Below, one piece after another: positions 19,491 to 28,478 of a DNA stretch of 64,000 bases. The translations under genes and the position numbers were made by a program. Within the stretch, counting starts at the first letter, position 1, and each line of letters begins with the position of its first letter. The notes under the pieces were generated by a model. It had not been told where the DNA came from. It saw nothing but the letters and a program-made list of their open reading frames with translations, and searched no databases. Origin of the DNA: Ignavibacteriota bacterium (GTDB taxonomy: Bacteria; Bacteroidota; Ignavibacteria; UBA10030); assembly GCA_963727825.1 (NCBI GenBank), contig CAVSHO010000001.1, forward strand, positions 1-64,000. The letters are read 5' to 3'.

Positions 19491-20438
19491 CTATAACCAC
19501 TGTTTGAGCAGAGAAGGTTCCATGTTTCCGCCACTGAGGATAGCACAAATCTTCTTGCCAGATAAGTTGAGAACATTGTGGAAGACAGCAGCTGGAGCGA
19601 CCGCTCCTGTGGGTTCGACAATAATTTTCATGCGCTGCATGAAATAACGCATCATCTCAATTACCTGCATATCAGTTACAGTGATAATATCATCGACATA
19701 ATTCAGAATAATTTCAAAATTACGTTTGCCGACGGACTGAGTTCGCATACCGTCGGCAATTGTATTTGGCGGAGCGATGCGTACAATTTCTTTTTTACGA
19801 AACGATTGCTGACAGTCGTTTGCCGGTTCAGTTTCCACACCGATAATCTTGATCTTAGGGAAGAAATGCTTAGCAGCAATGGCACAGCCACTTATAAGAC
19901 CGCCGCCGCCGATAGGAACAAGAAGATAATCTATTGAAGCAAGTTCCTGTACAACTTCCAGCATAACTGTTCCTTGTCCGGCAATAATTTTATCGTCATC
20001 GAATGGAGGCACGATTGCATAGCCAAATTCACTTTGTAAAAATTTAGCTGCACGTTCTCTATCATCAGAAGAATCTTCACAAAATATAACCTCAGCACCG
20101 TACGATTGAGTTGCTTCGACTTTAATGTGGGTAGAATTTTTCGGCATAACAACTACGGCTTTTACATTTAATAGCTTTGCAGCAAGCGCCACTCCTTGTG
20201 CATGATTGCCAGAAGAATATGCTACAATACCCAGATCTTTTTCATCCTGTGTGAGCGAAATTATCTTGTTATATGCACCACGAATCTTGAATGCTCCAAC
20301 TCGCTGGAAGTTCTCTGCCTTAAGAAAGACTTCGTTGCCGCATCTTTCGTTCAGACTACGAGAAGTAATAATAGGGGTTTTATGTACTACATCCTTAATA
20401 ACAGTATATGCTAATTCAATATCTGTGAATGAAATCAT
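19491..20438 (-). CDS. PLP-dependent threonine/serine dehydratase family (no ACT domain)
   Basis: KAENFQRVGAFKIRGA, SSGNHAQG, GGGGL, EPTGA, SGGN. Confidence 0.9.
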   Translation of the reverse strand: MISFTDIELAYTVIKDVVHKTPIITSRSLNERCGNEVFLKAENFQRVGAFKIRGAYNKIISLTQDEKDLGIVAYSSGNHAQGVALAAKLLNVKAVVVMPKNSTHIKVEATQSYGAEVIFCEDSSDDRERAAKFLQSEFGYAIVPPFDDDKIIAGQGTVMLEVVQELASIDYLLVPIGGGGLISGCAIAAKHFFPKIKIIGVETEPANDCQQSFRKKEIVRIAPPNTIADGMRTQSVGKRNFEIILNYVDDIITVTDMQVIEMMRYFMQRMKIIVEPTGAVAPAAVFHNVLNLSGKKICAILSGGNMEPSLLKQWL

Positions 20439-20507
20439 AGAAATTTCGTCATTTTATGCGATTGTAAATTAGAGAAAATGATTTTCTTTGACAAGAGAAA
20501 AAAATAC

Positions 20508-20553
20508 TTGACACTCTGGGAAAAATTCTTTAATCTTTTATCAGAGTAAAGTA
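20508..20553 (+). promoter_or_regulatory. his operon promoter with HisR-like box 1
   Basis: TTGACA 20508-20513, 17 bp, TAATCT 20531-20536; TCTTTTATCAGAGTAAAGTA 20534-20553. Confidence 0.7.
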
Positions 20554-20837
20554 TGAAAAAGCCAAGTATAAAAGAAGTCGACGATCTGTATAATGCCATT
20601 CTCCAGTTAAATTCGCTGGATGAATGCAGGCGATTCTTCCGCGATCTGCTGACAGAATACGAAATCAAGGAATTTGTAGAACGATGGAAGGCAGCGAAGA
20701 TGCTGGCAAATGGCATTCCGTATACACAAATTGAAGCAGGAACAGGGTTAAGTACACGTACAATCGCACGTGTCGGAAGGTGGCTCAAGAAGGGCAAAGG
20801 CGGATATTCGATGATGTTGAAACGAACGACAAAATAA
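20553..20837 (+). CDS. YerC/YecD TrpR-related repressor (HisR-type)
   Basis: LYNAILQL...ECRRFFRDLLT..E...RW...GIPY..I...TGLSTRTIARV...GGY; first gene of the his operon. Confidence 0.9.
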   Translation: MKKPSIKEVDDLYNAILQLNSLDECRRFFRDLLTEYEIKEFVERWKAAKMLANGIPYTQIEAGTGLSTRTIARVGRWLKKGKGGYSMMLKRTTK

Positions 20838-20860
20838 CAAATCATTTTTTTTGGACTATT

Positions 20861-20880
20861 CACTTTATCAGGATAAAGTA
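20861..20880. promoter_or_regulatory. HisR-like operator box 2
   Basis: CACTTTATCAGGATAAAGTA, perfect 8-bp arms ACTTTATC/GATAAAGT, abutting the hisG ATG. Confidence 0.75.
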
Positions 20881-21755
20881 TGCTGGCGACAAATGGAAGA
20901 ATGAAAATAGCAATTCAGCGCAACGGCCGTCTAACGGAAGATTCAGTCTCATTGCTGCGCGCATGCGGACTAAGTTTTGAATTTCAAAAGCAAAGCCTCT
21001 ATTCACCTTGTACTAACTTTGACTTGGACGTGCTGGCGATTCGGGATGATGATATTCCCGAATATGTGCAAGATGGCGTAGCGGATCTCGGTATCATCGG
21101 AGAAAATGTACTGCAGGAACGAAACGCACATGTGCACCTACTTGCGCACCTGGGATTTGGGGGATGCAAACTTATGATCAGTGTGCCGCAAAGGTCAGCT
21201 GTACGAAAAGTATCAGACCTTAATGGTCAACGCATCGGAACAACGTATCCTACAATTCTTAAATCATTTTTAAGAGATAACAAGATACGGGCGGAAATTA
21301 TCGAATTGAGCGGGTCCGTCGAGTTGGCTCCGAGTCTTAATGTTGCCGACGTCATCTGCGATATAGTATCAACTGGAACGACGGCAAAGATGTATGGATT
21401 GCGCACATTCTGCACCGTGTTAGAATCACAAGCTGTGTTGGTGGCAAATCTGGAATCGATGCACGATAAGAAAAAACGTGCAATTATAGATCGATTAATG
21501 ATTCGCGTGCATGGTTCGCTAGAGGCAGGAGGCAAGCGTTATCTCATGATGAATGCGCCGGCTAATTCTGTCGCGAGGTTGAAGCGTGTTATTCCAAGCT
21601 TGAAAAGTCCGACAGTAGTACCGCTCGCAGAAACGGGCATGGTCGCAATTCACTCTGTAGTGGCAGAAGATGTATTCTGGGATGTAATGGAAAAACTCAA
21701 AAAAGCCGGTGCCAGTGATATTATTGTAGTGCCTATTGAAACAATTATCCGATGA
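20880..21755 (+). CDS. hisG: ATP phosphoribosyltransferase (long form)
   Basis: RDDDIPEYVQDG, GSVELAP, DIVSTGTT, C-terminal regulatory domain. Confidence 0.97.
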   Translation: MLATNGRMKIAIQRNGRLTEDSVSLLRACGLSFEFQKQSLYSPCTNFDLDVLAIRDDDIPEYVQDGVADLGIIGENVLQERNAHVHLLAHLGFGGCKLMISVPQRSAVRKVSDLNGQRIGTTYPTILKSFLRDNKIRAEIIELSGSVELAPSLNVADVICDIVSTGTTAKMYGLRTFCTVLESQAVLVANLESMHDKKKRAIIDRLMIRVHGSLEAGGKRYLMMNAPANSVARLKRVIPSLKSPTVVPLAETGMVAIHSVVAEDVFWDVMEKLKKAGASDIIVVPIETIIR

Positions 21756-23043
21756 AAATTTATTCTGAAAATAAGCTGACAAAGGAAGAACGCCTTAAAC
21801 TTCTTCGGCGTCCAAGCACACTGCGAAGCGATACCGGGCATATTGTCCAGGAAGTGTGCCTCACAATTAAACAGCGCGGCGACGAAGCTGTGCGTGAGTA
21901 TAATAGAAAGTTTGATAAAGCAGAAGTGCAAGAGCTTCGCGTGTCAGCAGAAGAATTTGAATTGGCAAATAAATCGATCACGTCAAAATTTTTAACTGCT
22001 CTAAATATTGCAATAAAGAATATTCGCATATTCCATGAATCTCAGTTAAATAAAACACAACGCATCACAACGATGGAAGGTATTGTTTGCTGGCGTGAGG
22101 TGCGTCCTATCGAACGGGTTGGTTTGTACGTGCCAGCAGGTTCGGCGCCGCTGCCATCAACAGTATTAATGCTTGGAATTCCAGCGGTACTTGCCGGATG
22201 CTCGCAGCATTGTTTTATGTTCACCACCAAAAGTAAATGGTTCAATTGATCCGCTCGTGCTTGCAACCGCCGCAATGATTGGAATTGATGAAGGTGTATA
22301 AAGTCGGCGGTGCACAGGCAATTGCCGCAATGGCGTACGGAACAGAGACTATTCCAAAGGTTGACAAGATATTTGGCCCCGGTAATCGTTACGTGACCGC
22401 TGCGAAACAGTTTGTTTCAACCGATCCTGAAGGTGCAGCAATTGATTTGCTTGCCGGGCCGTCTGAGGTTTTAATTCTTTCAGATGAAACAGCGAATCCA
22501 GAGGTTGTAGCGTATGATTTGCTATCCCAAGCGGAACACGATGCGGATGCACAAGCCGTCTTGGTGACAACGAGCGAATTGTTGGCGAAGAAAGTGCTGC
22601 GTATTTTACCGCAGCGGGCATCAGAATTTTCACGAAATACAATCGTCGAGTCATCATTGGAACACAGTTATATTTTTGTTGCCAATTCACTTGAGTCCGC
22701 TGTAAGGTTTTCTAATGATTACGCACCAGAGCATCTTATTATCAATATGCAAAATGCAGAAGCAATTGTTCCATTAATTATTAATGCAGGATCTGTGTTT
22801 GTAGGACAATTTGCTCCTGTAACAGCTGGGGATTATGCATCGGGCACAAACCATACATTGCCGACCAGCGGCACTGCTCGTTGGGCAAGTGGTGTTTCGA
22901 TCGATAGCTTTCTGAAAACAATTACATTTCAATCTATTACGAAATCTGGTCTTGAAAGTCTGGCATCGACATTGACCACGTTTGCATCTGTTGAGGGTTT
23001 GCAGGCACATGCAAGCGCCGTAACATCCCGACTTTCAAAATAA
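21752..23043 (+). CDS. hisD: Histidinol dehydrogenase, two +1 frameshifts (near 22208 and 22292)
   Basis: GLYVPAG, GGAQAIAAMAYGT, FGPGN, AGPSE, SQAEHD, YAPEHL, GDYASGTNH. Confidence 0.92.
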
Positions 23044-23055
23044 CAGGTTAATCAT

Positions 23056-24103
23056 ATGAATATAGAATCATTTATTCGAACAAATATCCGCACATTAAAA
23101 CCGTACCACAGTGCGCGTCAAGATTTTCTTATCGGGGATTCTACTTGATGCTAACGAGAATTCTTTTGGAAGCACTCTGGCAAATGACGGTCTATCTCTC
23201 AACCGTTATCCTGATCCGTACCAGTGTGAATTGCGATCTTTCCTTGCCAATATAAATAGCGTTGCAGTGGAAAATATTTTTGTTGGCGTGGGATCAGACG
23301 AAGTGATTGATCTGCTAGTGCGCGTATTTTGTGAACCGAAGCGTGATTCGGTTATTCTTTTGGAGCCTACGTATGGAATGTACCGCGTAGCCGCATCGAT
23401 TCAGGATGTTCAAATCCGTTCATGCTTGCTGACTGATAAATTTCAAATCAATCTTGATGCGGTGAAAAAGACAATCGATGCAACGACAAAACTTATCTTC
23501 TGTTGTTCGCCAAATAATCCAACTGCTAATTTATTATCTTCAGAAAGTATTCTTGCATTGTGCCAACTTGAAGCCATGGTCATTGTTGATGAAGCATACG
23601 TGGATTTTGCACACTCAACATCAATGGGAAAACAAGTGCTCAAGCATTCTAATCTCATTGTAATGCGTACGCTTTCAAAAGCTTGGGGATTGGCAGGAAT
23701 TCGTCTCGGCTACTGCATAGCTGATCCGCTTGTTATATCTTACATGTTGAAAGTAAAAGCGCCATATAATATTAATGCGCTAACAAGCCGTGCAGCGCTT
23801 CAAGCGCTTCGTAAAAAGGAAAAAGTACGCCGCACGGTCAACTCAATTATAAAAGAACGCGCTTGGCTTTCTGCTAACCTGACGGCTATACCATGTATTG
23901 AAAATGTTTTTCCGTCCGCTGCGAACTTCATTCTCGTTCGATGTAAAAATGCAACAGCGCTTTATCAATATTTAGCAGCGAGAGAAATTATTGTTCGTAA
24001 TCGCTCTACAGAACCACTTCTGCAGAATTGTTTGCGTATCACCGTCGGTACAAGGATGGAAAATAAACAGTTGATTCGAGCAATGAAGGAGTATCGCGCA
24101 TGA
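23056..24103 (+). CDS. hisC: Histidinol-phosphate aminotransferase, +1 frameshift near 23127
   Basis: MNIESFIRTNIRTLKPYHSARQDF / LSGILLDANEN, NRYPDP, SPNNPT, DEAY, RTLSKAWGLAGIRLG. Confidence 0.93.
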
Positions 24104-25191
24104 AAGTTATTTTTCTTGATCGTGACGGCACCATCATTGCGGAACCCCCTGATAAGCAGATAGATTCTTTGGAGAAGCTGGAATTAATTCCCGGCGTAAT
24201 TCAAGGACTACGTCTTCTACAAAACCGCGGATATGTTTTAGTGATGGTATCAAATCAAGATAATCTTGGATCACCAGCTTATCCTAAAAAGAAGTACGAA
24301 ATGGTTCAGAAAAAATTAATGCGCTTACTGAATGGTGAAGGAATTCAATTCAACGCTGTCTTAATTTGCCCGCATAGTGCAAAAGAAAAATGTGCGTGTC
24401 GAAAACCAAAGACTGGTTTAGTAGATAAGTTTATTCGCATCAATAAAGTCGATATTTCGCGTTCGTTTGTGTTTGGAGATCGTAAAACGGACGTCCAGCT
24501 CGCGCGCAATATCGGTTGTAAGGCTGTTTGCTTAACATCCGAAAAATCAACACGCGCTGATTTTAAAACAGAAAGCTTTATTGAAGGATGCCGTTATATT
24601 GTTAGATTAGATCGCTCGGCAACTCTTAAGCGAGATACAACAGAGACAAAGATTTCCGTGGAAGTGTATTTAGATGGTACGGGGAGTTATGAGATAAATT
24701 CCGGTATAGGTTTCTTCGATCACATGCTTTCTTTGCTGTCGAAACATTCCGGTATCGATATGAAAATTAAAGTTAAGGGCGATCTTCAGGTGGATGAACA
24801 CCACAGCGCCGAAGACACGGGACTGGCTCTTGGCGATGCGATTCGGCAAGCACTTGGCGATAAGCGTGGTATTGAGCGGTACGGATTTCTTTTACCAATG
24901 GACGAATCGCTTGCACAGGTAGCGCTGGATTTAGGTGGACGGCCTTTCTGTTCATTCAATGCATCGTTTGAGCGTGAAAAGGTCGGCGAGTTTCCAACGG
25001 AATTAGTGGAAGATTTCTTCCGCGCATTTGCTGATGGCTTGCGGGCAAACCTTCACATTACTGTTACAGGCAGAAATGATCATCACAAAATTGAAGCGAT
25101 CTTCAAGGCAGTGGCGCGTGCGCTTCGGCAAGCCGTAACACAGAATGAACAAAATGCCGATGTGCTTCCTTCAACGAAAGGTGTATTGTGA
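24100..25191 (+). CDS. hisB: Bifunctional histidinol-phosphatase / imidazoleglycerol-phosphate dehydratase
   Basis: FLDRDGT, CRKP, DEHHSAED, NDHHKIEA, PSTKG. Confidence 0.96.
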   Translation: MKVIFLDRDGTIIAEPPDKQIDSLEKLELIPGVIQGLRLLQNRGYVLVMVSNQDNLGSPAYPKKKYEMVQKKLMRLLNGEGIQFNAVLICPHSAKEKCACRKPKTGLVDKFIRINKVDISRSFVFGDRKTDVQLARNIGCKAVCLTSEKSTRADFKTESFIEGCRYIVRLDRSATLKRDTTETKISVEVYLDGTGSYEINSGIGFFDHMLSLLSKHSGIDMKIKVKGDLQVDEHHSAEDTGLALGDAIRQALGDKRGIERYGFLLPMDESLAQVALDLGGRPFCSFNASFEREKVGEFPTELVEDFFRAFADGLRANLHITVTGRNDHHKIEAIFKAVARALRQAVTQNEQNADVLPSTKGVL

Positions 25192-25781
25192 TTGGGATTA
25201 TCAATTATGGCGCCGGAAATATTCGGTCGGTAAGCAATGCGCTTAATCGGCTCAATGTGCAGCATTTTGTCTCCAATGATCGCAATGAACTTAATAAAGC
25301 TGATAAATTTATTTTTCCGGGTGTGGGCGAAGCACGAAGTGCAATGGATGCACTTATGCGTACCGGGCTTACAGATTGGTTGAAAGAAGTGACTGTTCCA
25401 TTTCTTGGTATCTGCCTGGGAATGCAATTGCTATTTGAACATACGACAGAACGCGCAACCGATTGTCTCGGTATTATTTATGGTACAAATAAACGATTCA
25501 ATAGCGAGCAGTCTCAACTAAAAGTACCACATATAGGATGGAACCAGGTTCAACAGAATGGAGAAGACCCATTGTTTTCCAGAATTAATACAGGCGAGTA
25601 CTTCTATTTCGTCCATTCTTATTATGCACCGATCGTGTCGGCAACTATCGGCACAACAGAATATGGTGTACAATTCACATCGGCTATGCACCATAAAAAT
25701 CATTACGGTGTTCAGTTCCATCCCGAAAAATCCGGTAAAGTTGGATTACAAGTTTTAAAAAATTTTGTCGAACTGTGTTAA
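25188..25781 (+). CDS. hisH: IGP synthase glutaminase subunit
   Basis: PGVG, GICLGMQ, YFVHSY, QFHPEKS. Confidence 0.96.
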   Translation: MIGIINYGAGNIRSVSNALNRLNVQHFVSNDRNELNKADKFIFPGVGEARSAMDALMRTGLTDWLKEVTVPFLGICLGMQLLFEHTTERATDCLGIIYGTNKRFNSEQSQLKVPHIGWNQVQQNGEDPLFSRINTGEYFYFVHSYYAPIVSATIGTTEYGVQFTSAMHHKNHYGVQFHPEKSGKVGLQVLKNFVELC

Positions 25782-26503
25782 TAATTCCAGCAATTGATAT
25801 TATAGATGGTAAATGCGTTCGCCTGCGTCAAGGTGATTACGAACAGAAAACTGTTTATGTCGCATCGCCTGCAGAAGTAGCAAAACAATTTGCAGACGCC
25901 GGATTTACATTTCTGCATGTTGTGGATTTGCAAGGAGCAAAGGAGAAGAAGATTGTAAATTGGGATTCCATCGCATCCGTCATCGCGGTACCGGGATTAC
26001 AGGTGGAAGTCGGAGGCGGCATTCGCACAACGGACGACATAAAGAAATTGATTGAAATTGGAGTGTTACGTGTTGTCATCGGCAGTGTGGCAGCAAAGTC
26101 ACCTGAGTTAGTGGAATATTGGATTAAGCAGTTTGGCGCTGAAAGGATTGTTATTGGAATGGATGTAAAAGATAATTCGGTTGCCATCAGCGGATGGTTA
26201 GAAGACAGTCATCGCGCACCGATGGGTTTTGTACTGGATCTGACGAGACGCGGAGCAAAAATATTCATTTGCACAGATATTTCGCGCGATGGTATGCTGG
26301 GGGGAGTAAATATTGATTTTTATCAAAACCTCAAATCAGCTTTCCCAGATCTATCTATTATCGCTTCAGGAGGCATATCAACACTTGAAGATATACAAGT
26401 GTTAAGGAAAGCAGAACTTACTGGAGTGATCGTCGGCAAAGCCATCTACGAGAATAAGCTACCAATCGAAGAACTCGCAAAGATAAACGGTGCCGAATGT
26501 TAA
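25775..26503 (+). CDS. hisA: ProFAR isomerase
   Basis: IPAID..GKCVRLRQG, HVVDL, GGGIR, TDISRDG. Confidence 0.96.
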   Translation: MLIIPAIDIIDGKCVRLRQGDYEQKTVYVASPAEVAKQFADAGFTFLHVVDLQGAKEKKIVNWDSIASVIAVPGLQVEVGGGIRTTDDIKKLIEIGVLRVVIGSVAAKSPELVEYWIKQFGAERIVIGMDVKDNSVAISGWLEDSHRAPMGFVLDLTRRGAKIFICTDISRDGMLGGVNIDFYQNLKSAFPDLSIIASGGISTLEDIQVLRKAELTGVIVGKAIYENKLPIEELAKINGAEC

Positions 26504-27252
26504 CGAAACGGATTATTCCATGCCTTGATGTGAAAGATGGCAGGACAGTAAAAGGCACAAACTTTTTACAACTGCGCGATGCAGGTGATCCGGTTGAATT
26601 AGCCGCCCGTTACTCCGAAGAAGGCGCTGATGAACTGGTTTTTCTAGACATTAGTGCGACTCTAGAAGGGCGAAAAACCTTTCTGCAAATGGTCGAGCGT
26701 GTGGCAGAAGCTATTCAGATTCCGTTTACTGTCGGCGGCGGCATTAGCACTATGGATGATGCCGTACGCGCTCTTGATGCCGGCGCAGATAAAGTTTCGC
26801 TCAACTCTGCAGTGCTTGCACGCCCATCATTTATTGATGAAGCAAGCAAACGCGTTGGCTCGCAATCCGTTGTGGTTGCGATTGATGTTAAAAAAAGTAA
26901 TGGAAGCTGGACGGTCTGGACGAAAGCCGGCACGGAAGCTACGAGAAAAGATGCACTTTTATGGGCGGACGAAGTAGTTCAACGCGGTGCCGGCGAGTTA
27001 CTCGTTACGTCGATGGATCGTGACGGAACGACGTCAGGTTATGATGTTGAGTTGCTGAGAGCAATATCGAATCGCGTCTCCGTTCCATTGATTGCATCAG
27101 GCGGTGCTGGCAGTAAAGAACATTTGCGGGACGCAATTCTGCTTGGTCATGCCGATGCAGTGTTAGCGGCAAGCATTTTTCACTATAACAAAATTTCAAT
27201 TTCCGAACTGAAATCATTTCTTCATAACAATAATATTCCGGTGCGAATGTAA
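26497..27252 (+). CDS. hisF: IGP synthase cyclase subunit
   Basis: RIIPCLDV, ADELVFLDI, TSMDRDGT, ASGGAG, AASIFH. Confidence 0.97.
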   Translation: MLTKRIIPCLDVKDGRTVKGTNFLQLRDAGDPVELAARYSEEGADELVFLDISATLEGRKTFLQMVERVAEAIQIPFTVGGGISTMDDAVRALDAGADKVSLNSAVLARPSFIDEASKRVGSQSVVVAIDVKKSNGSWTVWTKAGTEATRKDALLWADEVVQRGAGELLVTSMDRDGTTSGYDVELLRAISNRVSVPLIASGGAGSKEHLRDAILLGHADAVLAASIFHYNKISISELKSFLHNNNIPVRM

Positions 27253-27851
27253 TGGATAAATTAAACTTTGAAAAATTAGGCGGGCTTGTTCCAGCCGTTA
27301 TTCAAGATGCGCGAACGAACCAAGTGCTTATGGTTGGATTTATGAATCCTGAAGCGTTTGAAAAAACGCTTGCCGATAGAAAAGTAACTTTCTGGAGCCG
27401 TACAAAAAAGCGTTTATGGCAAAAAGGTGAAACTTCCGGAAACTATCTTGAATATGTTTCTGTACAAAAAGATTGCGATAATGATTCGCTCCTTATCAAA
27501 GCAATTCCGCATGGGCCCGTGTGCCATACAAATCAGTTTACTTGCTTTGGTGAAGATGAAACGATAGATGTGGGCAGTGTGCTGTGTAGGTTGGAGGGAA
27601 CCATTCGCAGCCGTAAGCAAATAATGCCGGAAGGATCTTACACATCGAAACTATTCAAAGAAGGAACACCGCGCATAGCACAAAAAGTTGGAGAAGAGGG
27701 CGTGGAAGTTGCGCTTGCGTCAGTTCTTGGAGATAAAAAACGTTTCACGGAAGAATCCGCCGATCTTCTCTATCATCTTCTCGTGCTTTTGTGTCAACAG
27801 GGTTTGACGCTTGCTGATGTGACAAAAGAATTACGAAGCCGGATGAAATAA
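27252..27851 (+). CDS. hisIE: Bifunctional PRAMP cyclohydrolase / PRATP pyrophosphatase
   Basis: WQKGETSG, DCDND, GPVCH, SYT..L, KVGEE, DLLYHL. Confidence 0.96.
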   Translation: MDKLNFEKLGGLVPAVIQDARTNQVLMVGFMNPEAFEKTLADRKVTFWSRTKKRLWQKGETSGNYLEYVSVQKDCDNDSLLIKAIPHGPVCHTNQFTCFGEDETIDVGSVLCRLEGTIRSRKQIMPEGSYTSKLFKEGTPRIAQKVGEEGVEVALASVLGDKKRFTEESADLLYHLLVLLCQQGLTLADVTKELRSRMK

Positions 27852-27855
27852 CTTC

Positions 27856-27975
27856 TTAAAATTCAAAAAAACAAATCTTAAATATCAAATAAATTCAAAA
27901 TAACAATTGCCAAAAACTGTTTGATATTTGAATTTTGGAACTTGTTTGTGTTTTATGATCTGAGGTCTAGAATTT
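27856..27975. repeat. AT-rich imperfect inverted repeat built of about 7-nt units between convergent genes
   Basis: A-rich left half (AAATATCAAA, AAATTCAAAA) mirrored by T-rich right half (TTTGATATTT, GAATTTTGGA). Confidence 0.55.
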
Positions 27976-27980
27976 AGTAA

Positions 27981-28373
27981 TTACTCTTCATGAACAAACT
28001 CGTGTCCCGCATGCTGGAGCGCTTGCGTTGCCTTTACGAGATGTTCTTCCATCAAGAATATGTAATCGGAGCTGAAGGTAGAAACCGCAAAAATACTGAT
28101 TCCTGCCTCAGTTAATGGCTTTACAAGAGAGATAAGAATACCAGTTGTATTGGATGGAGTTTGCCCCGCGATGCGTATACAGCGATATCCGATTTCTTGT
28201 TGGCCATTATCCGGTGCCATAAACTCTGGGCTAATAATGGTAAGCTCTTCATCTGTTCGCATTACGAAACACATCTCTCCTTTGGCAAAAACAGAGGGCA
28301 GTTCAGCAAACTGCGGCATTTTGCTGATAGCAAACTTTTCATCTAATAACTGTAGTTTCAACTTGTGGTCCAT
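27981..28373 (-). CDS. ACT-domain protein (ACT_7/CASTOR-like)
   Basis: RTDEELTII, GIL..LV.PL.EAGISIFAVSTFSSDYIF; own promoter TTGCGA-17-TATCTT on the minus strand near 28427-28455. Confidence 0.88.
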   Translation of the reverse strand: MDHKLKLQLLDEKFAISKMPQFAELPSVFAKGEMCFVMRTDEELTIISPEFMAPDNGQQEIGYRCIRIAGQTPSNTTGILISLVKPLTEAGISIFAVSTFSSDYIFLMEEHLVKATQALQHAGHEFVHEE

Positions 28374-28478
28374 AAGCGTTATTCCTGTTGAAGGCAGGAC
28401 GAATCTTCATTGTTTATGTTAACGGGAAGATACGATTTCTCTATCAATCTCGCAAGGACATTTCGCACACGACTTTAT

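Noticed and set aside
14921-24103. Programmed frameshifting or true pseudogenes in speY, etfB, hisD and hisC
   Set aside because: No shared slippery motif; uniform +1 insertions in otherwise conserved genes fit sequencing error better
27981-28373. ACT protein as a member of the PolB2 operon
   Set aside because: It has its own predicted promoter in the 105-bp gap and no operator copy
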